Below, in pieces: positions 50,034-60,219 of a stretch of DNA of 64,000 nt (position 1 is its first letter; each line of letters begins with the position of its first letter). The translations under genes and the position numbers were made by a program. The DNA comes from Pseudovirgaria hyperparasitica (taxonomy: Eukaryota): NCBI GenBank assembly GCA_010093815.1, contig ML996565.1; one strand, written 5' to 3'. A model generated the notes under the pieces. That model was not told the DNA's origin and did not search any database. It saw nothing but the letters and a program-made list of their open reading frames with translations.

Positions 50034-51845
50034 ATGTCTATCACGATCCTCCCGGTTGAGATACTTGATATCATCACTAAAGACCTTACCGTCAGGGACT
50101 TCTTAGCTCTCTGCAGCACTTGCAAGGCTCTACATGACCCAAACATACGCCTGGACGCTGGATACTGGAGCCACGTGACGCATGAACAGTTTCGTCTGCC
50201 CAATCGACCTGCAGTCGAAGGCGACGGCAGGAAATGGCAGAAGCTGTACCGCAGACTACAGACGCAGACCAGCGTCTTCACCTGGGGCAAGTCAAATCGG
50301 GGCTGTCTAGGCCGACAAGGACATGCACGCTGCAACCCAGTACCACTGCCCATGAACAACATCAAGGAGCTTGGGATCATTGCTGACATGCAGTGTGGTG
50401 GATGGTCGACCAGCTTTCTTACCTCTCGAGGATTACTTTACGTGGCAGGGGTGCTGGATGGGATGACGGCGGAATATGCAGTGGATGGAGTTGTTGCTAG
50501 ACTCAAGTATCCTGCGTCCGTGCCAGATCCGCTGAGAAGAGAAAATCCGAACAACTCTCTCGTAGCCATCCGGCAGTTCTCGTCAGGCAGGAATCATATT
50601 CTAGGGCTTTCAGACTCGGGTCGGATCTGGACGTGGAAGTCTCATGCAGAGCCAGCACTTCAAGTGAAGTTTCTTCACGCAGACACATATGAACATCGAA
50701 AGGTCACGGCGCCTGGAGCTGTCAAACAGGTCATGGCGGGCTGGAACTTCAGCTCAGCGTACGTGACCGGAGCCGGTATCCTCTTGTGGGGGGTACATCG
50801 TGGACATACGGACCCGGAGGTTGATACTGTAGTGCTCGATGCTACGGCCGTCCCATGGACGAGTTATGAGTCAGCTAGGAAAAGCGATCGCCAGACGGCG
50901 TGGAAGACGGAGGATGAAGAGGAAATTGTCGGCTCTGTCGTGACATGGGTATGCCTAGAGAACTACGTCGTGTTTCTCACGGATATAGGTCGTATCTTTG
51001 CCTCCAGGGTCGAATGGGACAACATTTCTATTGTTGTCGGCAACAGCTTCGAACTCAGGCCGCTCCGAAGCACGAACCCCTATCCGACGTCCTGCGACGT
51101 CCAAGGCTCATTCCGCTCCTTTGGAGTCTTCATGAACGGCTCCGTCGCTGTGCTCCACCAAGATTGGCTCGACTCGTACTCCCACGCACAGTGCGCCGTC
51201 CCTCCCAGTGCCCTCATCCCCGCCCTCCAACAGTCGGGCGTACAACAGCTCGCATTTGGCGACTACCATTTCCACGCCCTCCACAGCGACGGCACAATCA
51301 CGTCGTACGGGAAGGAGCCATCGGCATGCGGTGCTCTCGGACTGGGAGGTGGGTGGAACAAGCCGTCTCGCACTATCCGCGGCGTGCTGAACAACCACGA
51401 CGCAGAGCTCATCCCTGAAGCGCGCCAGACGGGCCGTCGGGTCTGGTTCGAGCCGGAGAAGCAGAAGTGGCTTGAATTCCTGAGTCGCGGCGGGGCAGAT
51501 CCGGATGAGTCGAAGGAGCGGCGGGAGGTGTTGAAGACGCGAGGAAAGGGGCTTGTGGAGCTGAGTGAGTGGGTTGAGCGGCGGGGCAGGAACTGGGATT
51601 GGTTTGCACGGGGTGATGACGGTGATGGTGATGGCGAGGATGAGGATGGGCTTGGGGCGTACTTTGCGCTCAGTGTGAGTGCGGCGGGGTGGTCGAGCGG
51701 GGCGTTGGTGCTGGTGAATTCAGCGTTGACGGAGAAGATGGCGGGGCGAGGGAGCTTTTGGGAAAGCGAGAGGTTTCCCAGACTGAGGCTGAGGGACGGC
51801 ACGGAGATGGCGGGGACGATTGAGGTGAGCGAGTGGACGGCGTGA
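50034..51845 (+). CDS. F-box plus RCC1-repeat protein (Saf1/Pof9-like SCF-associated factor)
   Basis: N-terminal F-box LPVEILDII..LCSTCKAL; RCC1-like motifs VFTWG..GCLG, DMQCGGWS, FSSGRNHILGL, AFGDYHFHALH..G.LGLG, SAAGWSSGALVL. Confidence 0.85.
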   Translation: MSITILPVEILDIITKDLTVRDFLALCSTCKALHDPNIRLDAGYWSHVTHEQFRLPNRPAVEGDGRKWQKLYRRLQTQTSVFTWGKSNRGCLGRQGHARCNPVPLPMNNIKELGIIADMQCGGWSTSFLTSRGLLYVAGVLDGMTAEYAVDGVVARLKYPASVPDPLRRENPNNSLVAIRQFSSGRNHILGLSDSGRIWTWKSHAEPALQVKFLHADTYEHRKVTAPGAVKQVMAGWNFSSAYVTGAGILLWGVHRGHTDPEVDTVVLDATAVPWTSYESARKSDRQTAWKTEDEEEIVGSVVTWVCLENYVVFLTDIGRIFASRVEWDNISIVVGNSFELRPLRSTNPYPTSCDVQGSFRSFGVFMNGSVAVLHQDWLDSYSHAQCAVPPSALIPALQQSGVQQLAFGDYHFHALHSDGTITSYGKEPSACGALGLGGGWNKPSRTIRGVLNNHDAELIPEARQTGRRVWFEPEKQKWLEFLSRGGADPDESKERREVLKTRGKGLVELSEWVERRGRNWDWFARGDDGDGDGEDEDGLGAYFALSVSAAGWSSGALVLVNSALTEKMAGRGSFWESERFPRLRLRDGTEMAGTIEVSEWTA

Positions 51846-54027
51846 GGTTGGATGGAGAGTGACTGTTATGCAGAGTAGTGAATAGAGAGAAGAATATACG
51901 ATACACGTGACATGCAAATGCTTATATAAGCAAGCCAAGCAGTATCTACTTAGCTAAGCAGCGGCAGGTGTAAAGACACCTAAGGCACCAACAGCAAGCA
52001 AGCAGGCACGTGAGCACTTACTACGTACACCCTAATACTCACTGGCACTCCCTATCTCACTATCCCTAATCATTACCTCAAGGCTCAATCTTAACACAAC
52101 AAAAGAAGGTCTAGAACAGTCTCTCTTCTTCTTCTAGCGTCTTAGGCAGTAAGCAAGCTATAAATTCAATGAAGCAAGCGTTAATTACAAGACAATTAGC
52201 CCTCTGATGCGAGATTGCACATCGACATTGGGGACACCAGCAATTATGATTTGGAAAAGGTATAATGGACGGAGTAGTACAGTATGGGTATGAGTAGCGG
52301 GCACGGGCACGTAGTGTAGTGTAGCGTAGCGTAGAGGCGTACTTGTGTAGCGTAGTATGGAGAACGGCGACGGCGACGGAGAGCGGGTTTTGGATCGGGT
52401 TGTGGGATTGTGGATGATCGGGGGGATGGCAGGTCTGACCAGCAGTGCAGCCTTGCGCAAAGGCTGGGAAAGTGAGCTTAGTAAGGCTGTAAGATTGGGC
52501 GATCCGGTTTGTGGGTTCCAAGTTGGCACCTACTGTAATTACTTACTTGGCAGACTGGACGGGATGATGACGGATTTACCTTGCCTAGATGGGCGCTAGT
52601 GGGGACTAGTGGGGGCTACTTAAGGCCTACTGAGGTCTACTGAACGCTGACGAGGCGGGGGAGGATTTGGCGGTGGTGGTGTGGTGTGGTGTGTGTGTGT
52701 CGCGTGCCCATGGTCTTTCTTGCGTCTTCTCTCCGCCTTTGTGAAGAAAGTGACGGTGAGCGAGAGAACGGGCGTCAAAAAGCAGACAAGAAGAAGAAGA
52801 TACGAATACGACCATGTTTAATGGTCAGATGTTTGCTGACAGGACCGTGTTGAGCATTCCTCGCGTCGTGACAATCAGTAATGCGCGTATAGAGGGTTAG
52901 CTATACGTTCGGTCTACGGAAGAGAGGCCGATCCGTGATCCGTGGTCCGTGGGGCGTTGTGGATGATGGTGTGGAGCGTAAATTGTGGACTGTGGAGCGT
53001 ACACTGGAGACTCTCCACACACGGTAGGAATGCGAGAGACTGCGGGTGAATGCGAGAGACGATGGCACGGATCACGGATCATGGATACGATCTCTATACG
53101 ATTGCTCTCTTCCATACGCTGCAACACCACTTGTTGCCTGTCCACGGGTATATATACGCGGACGGCTTGAGGAAGACTCGGACTTGTTGTTCGTCCGGAT
53201 ACGGTTGATGGATGTTATTTTAGATGATATGTTTGTTGGTGATGGATGAATGGCGCAGGTCCGCGGATCTCGACGGCTGCACCATTGGTCGCGTGCCTCT
53301 TCTCTCCAAGCACTGCCAACTTCACACACTTGACGCTTAACCTTACCACCACCACGCAACATGCCGTCACCACTAATCCTCTCTATGACTCGACTGCTAG
53401 CTATCCTCTAATTACTGCTGCTGACGACTGTCTGTAATTTGCTTTGCTGTCATCGCTCCTTGCGTTACCGCTTTTGTTGGTTTTTGACTGGACTGTAATT
53501 ACCTATTATCCATCATTACTTGCTTGCTTGGTATTCGTTAGCTTCAACGTCAATAAATCCTACGCGACTGCCTGTCCAACACGAAACCTTCCCTCTCACT
53601 CCTCTTCCTCTCTCCCTTCTCCTCTCGCTCTCTCACTCTGCCCAACCTTCTCCTCACAAACATCTCACTCCCTCTCTTCCACCAAACGGCAAAACACAAC
53701 ACACACTTGCCATCTACCTCTCACTCATATCAGCTACAGCTATCATCCCCACGCCCTCTTTCTTCCTGCACCCACCCCTGGCCCATCCTTAGCGCCCGCT
53801 ATATCCTTGTCTCCATATATCTACCATCATCGCTCATCACTCCCATCGTTTTGTTCCACCTTTGGTCCGTCCCACCACCCTTGTCTGCTCATTCACCGTG
53901 ACACCCGGTACGCAGTTACTGCTCAAGTCCTCCGACGCCCCGATCCTGTCCATCATATATCCTCTTCGCCCATACATACCTCCATCGCCTCCAGCTCTTA
54001 CTCGTCCACTCTACTCTTCCATCCACT

Positions 54028-55371
54028 ATGGGCGTCGGTGCTTTTGTCGAGCCACTCGTCGTGGTCACGCTTCTCTTTGGCGGTGCCTGGGTGAACCGCA
54101 ATACTTCTGTCCGATTCAGTCTGAAGGCGCCATCTTCTCGCCGCAACTCCTCTGACAACCTCGAATCCGGCCTGCGGAGCCCAAACTCTGAAGATGGTCT
54201 TCTCGAAGACCCGCAGAATCGCCCCATCTCACCTTCTTTGCTGCCATCACAAGAGTCCAGGTATCGCACAAGGAAGCTGAGGCTGTTTTCGTGGCAGAAA
54301 GAGGTCACTTCGCCAAATACTCGCCTACACAAAAACACTTTCTTGAGCAGAGTGCTGCAGAAGCTTCCATTCCTGGTTGAAGTTTGGTACTGGGCCTTGA
54401 TATACTGGGTTTACCAGGTCGGCCGAGCCATCACCGCTTTGACGCTCGTCGAAGGGACCGTCGATGTGGCTCGTAAACATGCCCTGCAAATCATCCATTT
54501 GGAGAAGAAGCTGCACATCTTCTGGGAGCTGCCGGTCCAGCATTGGTTTCTGAAACATCCACTGCTTATGATCTGGACCAACAGAATCTACTCCTTCATC
54601 CACATCCCAGGCACCATTCTCTTCCTCGTATTCTTGTTCTATTACACCACTACTTCTAACCGGATCGACAGCCGACGGGAGCATCGTGATGGAAACAGGA
54701 TCAACGGCAGTCCCGCAGGCCCTCTCCTCTACGAAGCTCGGCGACGCACCATGGCCGTCTGCAACCTGATCGCCTTCATCGTCTTTACTCTGTGGCCCTG
54801 CATGCCGCCCCGTCTGCTGTCCGACAAGGATGTCAAGGGACCGATCGGCAAGGAAGCACGCAGCTACGGTTTCGTCGACACTGTGCATGGTGAAGGTGGC
54901 GAAAGCAGTGTTTGGACACAGAACAAGTTCTGCAACCAATACGCCGCCATGCCTTCTCTCCACTTTGGCTACTCTCTGCTCATTGGTCTGACCGTCATGA
55001 CCATCCCTCTGGCGCCCCAGCATCAACAATCGCGGCACTTTAACTTTTCTGTCAGATCGTACCCTCTGTCGACCAGCGTGCCGTCTGTTCGCCGAGTACT
55101 CTGCGTTCTAGTTGGCCTCGCATATCCTCTGACCATTCTTCTCGCCATCGTCGCCACGGCTAATCACTTTGTGCTCGACGCCGTTGCCGGGGCCATGGTC
55201 TGCGGCATCGCCTGGTACTCGAATGGCATTCTCCTGAATCTCGTACCGCTTGAGGATTACTTCCTGTCGCTACTACGCATTCACAAGCCAGAAAACGTGC
55301 CAGTGACAGCAGTCGATGGTCTTGACGATGAAGACGATTACGCCGTTGGCAAGGGTGTTGTCGAGAGGTAG
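54028..55371 (+). CDS. PAP2_3-family integral membrane phosphotransferase (AUR1/IPT1-like inositol-phosphotransferase superfamily)
   Basis: Multiple TM segments; PCMPPRLL, NQYAAMPSLHFG and ATANHFVLDAVAG catalytic motifs of the PAP2/IPC-synthase-like family. Confidence 0.85.
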   Translation: MGVGAFVEPLVVVTLLFGGAWVNRNTSVRFSLKAPSSRRNSSDNLESGLRSPNSEDGLLEDPQNRPISPSLLPSQESRYRTRKLRLFSWQKEVTSPNTRLHKNTFLSRVLQKLPFLVEVWYWALIYWVYQVGRAITALTLVEGTVDVARKHALQIIHLEKKLHIFWELPVQHWFLKHPLLMIWTNRIYSFIHIPGTILFLVFLFYYTTTSNRIDSRREHRDGNRINGSPAGPLLYEARRRTMAVCNLIAFIVFTLWPCMPPRLLSDKDVKGPIGKEARSYGFVDTVHGEGGESSVWTQNKFCNQYAAMPSLHFGYSLLIGLTVMTIPLAPQHQQSRHFNFSVRSYPLSTSVPSVRRVLCVLVGLAYPLTILLAIVATANHFVLDAVAGAMVCGIAWYSNGILLNLVPLEDYFLSLLRIHKPENVPVTAVDGLDDEDDYAVGKGVVER

Positions 55372-55450
55372 TAGTAGCAGCCCTGGCACAGGACTACTAT
55401 TATTATCATTCTTGGTTTTTCGCCGACACGCAGTATGCTAATTCATGAAG

Positions 55451-55964
55451 CCGTGTCGTCGAGGTCAGTTCGGACGTGGAGAGTATAGCAGATCCTCCTG
55501 CGAACCGACCGAGGTTGAGGAAGGCGAGGAGCGCGAGGAGTTACAAGCCGCATCTAATATTCGATTCTGAAGCCGGCACCGCACGCGGCCGCCGCGAGCA
55601 TCTTGAACGCACAAATTCACCCTTGACCCAGCTGCGTCCCCGCAAAAGCTTCAACTACGACGATCTGTTGGAGGAGCACGGCGACGACGATACCGGCCAC
55701 GCTCTGTCTCCCTCAGATACATTCAGCAGGGGCCGTCTTCCGAAGTATGGATCGACAGGCACGGGATCGGCCACAGCGACCAAGGCGGCGCCGGCTGTTG
55801 AGCCTAAATCTCGTGGTTCAGCCCGCTCGAAGCTGTCGGACCGTCCTGCACGAGCGTCACAGCCAGCACCGCCCCGCTCACGCGCCACACGTCCTGCCCC
55901 TACTACCCACAGCTGGGAGGATACGGATGACCCTGATGAGGACATGCTGCTTGCGAGAGACTAG
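55451..55964 (+). CDS. Ser/Arg/Pro-rich disordered ORF; probable alternative last exon of the PAP2_3 gene
   Basis: ~170-codon open frame with no ATG near its start. An 83-nt GT..GCTAAT..AAG intron (55368-55450) would join it in frame to the upstream ORF. Confidence 0.5.
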
Positions 55965-55982
55965 ATCCAGGCGGGGCCTCCT

Positions 55983-56060
55983 TGAGGTGGATCATGCATC
56001 ATGGCTTGATGAGATGGAGCATACGTCATGGCTTGTTGATATGGAGCATGCATCATGGTT
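55983..56060 (+). repeat. 27-bp minisatellite, ~3 imperfect copies
   Basis: TGGA(T/G)CAT(G/A)C(A/G)TCATGG(C/T)T recurs at 55988, 56015 and 56042. Confidence 0.8.
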
Positions 56061-56345
56061 GGGTGTGTGGCTATGGGGTTATGATTTATGAAGTTATGCA
56101 TTAATATCGCTACACGCCTGTGTGTTGAAGACTACTATAATATTACCCGCTTCACGGCCTAATCACTTAATACTTTCTGGCAATCATCTTCTACCGTACG
56201 TGGCTTGATGTGTGTGACCTGACATGACGTGCTTGTGGAGATTCTACTTTGATAAGACAAAGATGAATTTATTGATCTATGTATCTACTACGTACTATTT
56301 ATTGTTGACAGACAAGAAACAAAAAGAAAAAAAGAAAAAGAATAA

Positions 56346-56450
56346 TGACAAGAGTGGGACTTGAACCCACGCCCCTTTCGAGACCAGGAAATAATGCGTT
56401 AAGGTGAGTAAGCCTTAACCTGGCGCCATAACCAACTCGGCCATCTTGCC
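56346..56450 (-). tRNA. tRNA-Leu(AAG) with canonical intron
   Basis: Minus strand GGCAAGATGGCCGAGTTGGTTATGGCGCCAGGTTAAGG-[~22-nt intron]-TCCTGGTCTCGAAAGGGGCGTGGGTTCAAGTCCCACTCTTGTCA: acceptor stem, A and B boxes, long variable arm, downstream oligo-T terminator. Confidence 0.95.
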
Positions 56451-56683
56451 TGATGATGGAGAGATCTGTGGTGTAGGGTGTCTATGTTCTTGGAATGCAG
56501 TGTGCTAATGAGTCACTGAGGATTGTGGATGTGTGGGGATCGATTGGGGTTAGTGCGGTTTCTTTTTTTTAAAGGCTTGGGGTTTTCTTAGGGTTGGGTG
56601 GGTCTACGCTTGCGGACTGCGATACTTCGAGCTTGACTACTACTTGAACTTCATTCTGCGTATGGGATCAGGTTTCTTTATCT

Positions 56684-56720
<37 letters not shown>

Positions 56721-56900
56721 AGCTGTATTACGCGACTTGACAACGCTACGATACGGTACGATACGGTACGACAGGGATATATGATGACTTGGTTCTTCTG
56801 TGTCGTTGATTGATTGATTGATTCTGGGTTGATTTGACCTGTGGATTGACCTGTCGAATTGATCTGATCATTTCATCTTAATCTTAAGTCTGATTCGACG

Positions 56901-58317
56901 ATGACGGATCAAGCAGGTGCTGGTGGTGGTGCTGGTAGTCCTGATGGTGGTGCTGGTCGTCAAGAAGAACAACAACAGCGACAACGAACAGCAGACGACG
57001 ACGACGACGTGCGAATCCGACGAGTGGCTGATATCGTCACGTCGTCGCCGTTTCCGCAGGTGGTGATTGGGTCTGGTATGTGGTTTTTCTTTCTTCTCTT
57101 CGCTTTCTTCTCTTCGCTTTCTCGCTTCTTTTCCTGAGTAGTTTGTTGTTTTTATTTGCTAAGAGGAGGGAGAGGGAGAGTTTGTCATGTGGGATTGGGA
57201 TGGATAGGTGGATGTGGTGTTGAGACTTCTCGAACTGTAATCTTTTCATTGCGTTATGGTCGAGTCTGCACTGCACTTCTACCATCTGTCATCTCTCATC
57301 TCTCATCTCTCTTCTATTCGTTCATTCATTCGTCCCCCATCCCATCCCATCCCTTCTCCCCCACCCCCCCTTTCTATTCTCCCCTCCACCCTCCCCTCTC
57401 TCACACAAACAAACAACCAACAAACCCCCTAACCAAAACCAGCCCTAACAGGCACCCTCACCGGCGCAACCCTCGGCGTCCTCACCTCCGCCCACCCAGC
57501 CCTCTTCGCCGCCCTCACCGGCCTCCAATGGTCCCTCCTCTCAAGCACATTCCTCTTCACCCGCACCGCGTACCTGCATCGTGGTGTTATCTTCTCCTCT
57601 CCCTTCTCCTCTCCCTCATCCCCATCTCCATCCCCATCTACATCTACACACCCATCCACATACCCATCCGCATCCCCAACGCAGCATTCAACAGCCCAGC
57701 AGATGCATCCCCCACCAAAAACCAGCACCGCCGAAGCAGCAAAAGCAAGCTCCCTCGCCGGCGCAGCAGCAGGGGGTCTGACTGCCGCTTCAACGCGTGG
57801 CCCGCGCAATGTGCTGCCTGGCATGCTTGTCTTTGGCGCGTTGGGGTTGGTTGGGCAGAGCGTCGTTGATTTTCGGAGGAGCGGGCGGGGTACTACTTCT
57901 TCTTCTACTGCGCCTACTACGAACAACACTACAAGCAACACCACCACCACCACCACCACCACAAACAACACCACAAACAACACTACTAGCAGTAATAGAA
58001 CGACTACAACGACTACCCCGCCCAGCACGACGAACGGCACGACAGCCACGCCAGGCACGACAGCCACGAAAGGAACAGACTCGACAACGAACAAAGAACG
58101 GAATATCCTCCAACAAATCGCCGACTCGCGCTGGACGCCCGGCCTGCGCACGCTGTCGGATGGGGAGTATGTGGCGATGATGGAGGAGAAGATGCTGCGG
58201 CTGGATGCAGAGATTGCGATTGTTGATGAGCGGATTGCGAGGGTGAAGGTCAAGGGGGGCGGGGAGAGGGGGGTGGAGAGAGGAGTGGAGAAGAAGGGTG
58301 GGGAGGACAAAAAGTAA
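56901..58317 (+). CDS. Conserved fungal membrane protein, Tim17/22/23-like glycine-rich TM helices, 2 exons
   Basis: Intron ~57076-57442 joins VVIGS|ALTGTLTGATLGVL..LFAALTGLQW..SSLAGAAAGGL..RGPRNVLPGMLVFGALGLVGQ..SRWTPGLRTLSDGEY..MEEKMLRLDAEIAIVDERI; contains low-complexity insertions. Confidence 0.7.
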
Positions 58318-58474
58318 GATAGGGAGGAAGGGGTAGATGGTGGTGTATTATATATCGTATTTTATACGGGCCCAGGTCATGTCACGTTTGGCATTGACGG
58401 AATTCATGCATGGCAAGTTACTTGTATTGCATCAATGAGCGTGTATAGTTGGTTACAGCGTGCGTCCTCAATCC

Positions 58475-58545
58475 ACCCCATGTCTTGTCACCACAGCACC
58501 TACATGCCCATCTACCCCATGTCTCGTCACCGCAGCACATGCCCC
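58475..58545 (+). repeat. Imperfect ~39-bp direct repeat just after the INO1 stop codon
   Basis: ACCCCATGTCT(T/C)GTCACC(A/G)CAGCAC..ATGCCC at 58475 and 58514. Confidence 0.75.
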
Positions 58546-58553
58546 CGCCCAGC

Positions 58554-60219
58554 TCAGAAGAGCTTGTGCTCGAGCGTCATGTCGCTCTCCGGCTCCAGCC
58601 CAACGCAGGCACGGAAGATGTTGGTCAAGGCAGAGCGCTGCTTCGCCAGGGCATTGACCACAGGCGTGCCAGGAGGCGTGAGAGGCGCCTTGAGCATGTA
58701 GCTCAGCACACTCAGCACAGAGTGGAAGCCGGCGTAGTCCTTGCCCTCTTCCTTCCACTGGATACGCGTCATCATCTCGGCAACAATGACAAGATCGATA
58801 ATCAGAGGCGAGGCGAGGAGCGAGTCCTCGCACACGTTGAACATGCTGATCGTCTGGTGGCCGCCCATGAAGATCTCGGCGTAGTACTCGTCGAGCGCAC
58901 GCTTGTTGTCACCGACCGCGGGCATGTACTTGATGACGACCGTGTGGTCGGGATGCTCGCCTTCCTTGTACAGGACGGTGTTGGCTGCGACCATGTCGTC
59001 GACGACGTTGGACTTGGAAATCTCCTTGGAGCGGAACTGCTTGTGGGAGCTCAGGTTCATGCCGTCGTTGTTTCCGAGGTGGTTGTAGCTGGCAATCGAC
59101 GTGAGCTTGATGCCGGCGTTGATGAGGAAGTCGACCAGTGCAGACTTCATCTTGGTCTGGCCAGACTTGAAGTCGTCTCCACCGACAAAGGCACCGTGCT
59201 TCTCAGCAAGTGCGATGGCGCCAGGCACGAACGTGTTCTGGGGCGATCCGTTGATGAACGGGACCTTGTCAAGGATACATGCGACCGCGAACACGGTCGA
59301 AGGAGACACCTCCTCGTGACCCTGCTCGATGGCCTTGAGCAGATTGTCCGCAGTGTCGTTGACACCGGGAATAATCTCGGCGTAACGTTCGGTGTTGGCA
59401 GTCCACTGGACGATGACCTTGTCGAGGTTATTGGCAGCCTTGAAGTCACTGGAAGAGGATTAGCATGTCTGATGTCCTACTACTAAGTTTGGCTTAAACC
59501 TACCGGATGTCCTTGCGGATCTGCTCGACATGTGCATTGCAGGCCTTGGTGCCAGAAAGGACATTGTCGGCACGCTCTTCCTGGTTGGCCGCAATAAAGT
59601 CCGGGTAGTAGACACTGGGGAGGGGCTTCATCTGGGCCATCTCCTTCTTGACAAGGCTCTTGAGGGACGGCTCGAGGACCTGAGCGCGATCCATAGCATC
59701 AGAGAGGTTCATGCCGCTAATGTCCCAGCCGCCAATGGCAAGATCATTGGGGTGGACCATGGGCAGAAGATCATGAAAGGGAATGTTGATCTCCTTGCCG
59801 GACTTGGAGTCTGTGCCTAGCTTGATTGTGGAGCCCATGATGACGGAGCCATAGTAGTTGGCAGATTGCTGTCCCTCACGAGTGTCCCAGACAAGCCCAC
59901 GGCGATTGGCAATGATACCGGCGGTGACCGTTGTCCCGTTGTTGCCGCCCCACCCGACCAACATCATGCCGACCTTGGGGACCTTGCGTTCGGTCTTGAA
60001 GTCGTACTTTGTCTCCTTTGGAGTAGCGACAAATTTGCCATCCGCTCCAGTGCTGATGGCCGTGGTCCGGTAGGTGTACTTGCTGGTGATCTCCGTTTCG
60101 GTGTAGGTGACATTGGGAGAGTTGACGACGAAGATATCGTTGGTCGTGGGAGAAGGTACAGGTACGATGGATCCATTCCCGTTCGCGTGGCCGTTAGCAG
60201 CTTCGGCGTGAGGTGCCAT
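58554..60219 (-). CDS. INO1: myo-Inositol-1-phosphate synthase, 2 exons
   Basis: [82 protein letters not shown]; intron ~59502-59449. Confidence 0.98.

Noticed and set aside
52000..54027. ORFs up to 216 aa upstream of the PAP2_3 gene
   Set aside because: Pyrimidine-rich low-complexity leader/promoter sequence that lacks stops by composition.
55983..56060. Repeat arrays here and at ~44630-44720 and 58475-58545 considered as CRISPR-like or structured arrays
   Set aside because: Tandem imperfect copies without unique spacers, in a eukaryote with no cas genes; ordinary minisatellites.
18217..56450. Co-occurrence of the TFIIIC subunit gene and a tRNA gene; PHS1 with INO1/PAP2_3 as a sphingolipid cluster
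   Set aside because: Separated by 30-45 kb of unrelated genes; most likely coincidental.
58449..59486. 345-aa plus-strand ORF, and similar long antisense ORFs over the GPI protein, PAP2_3, Tim17-like and SDR genes
   Set aside because: Antisense shadows caused by strong codon bias or low complexity of the real gene on the other strand.
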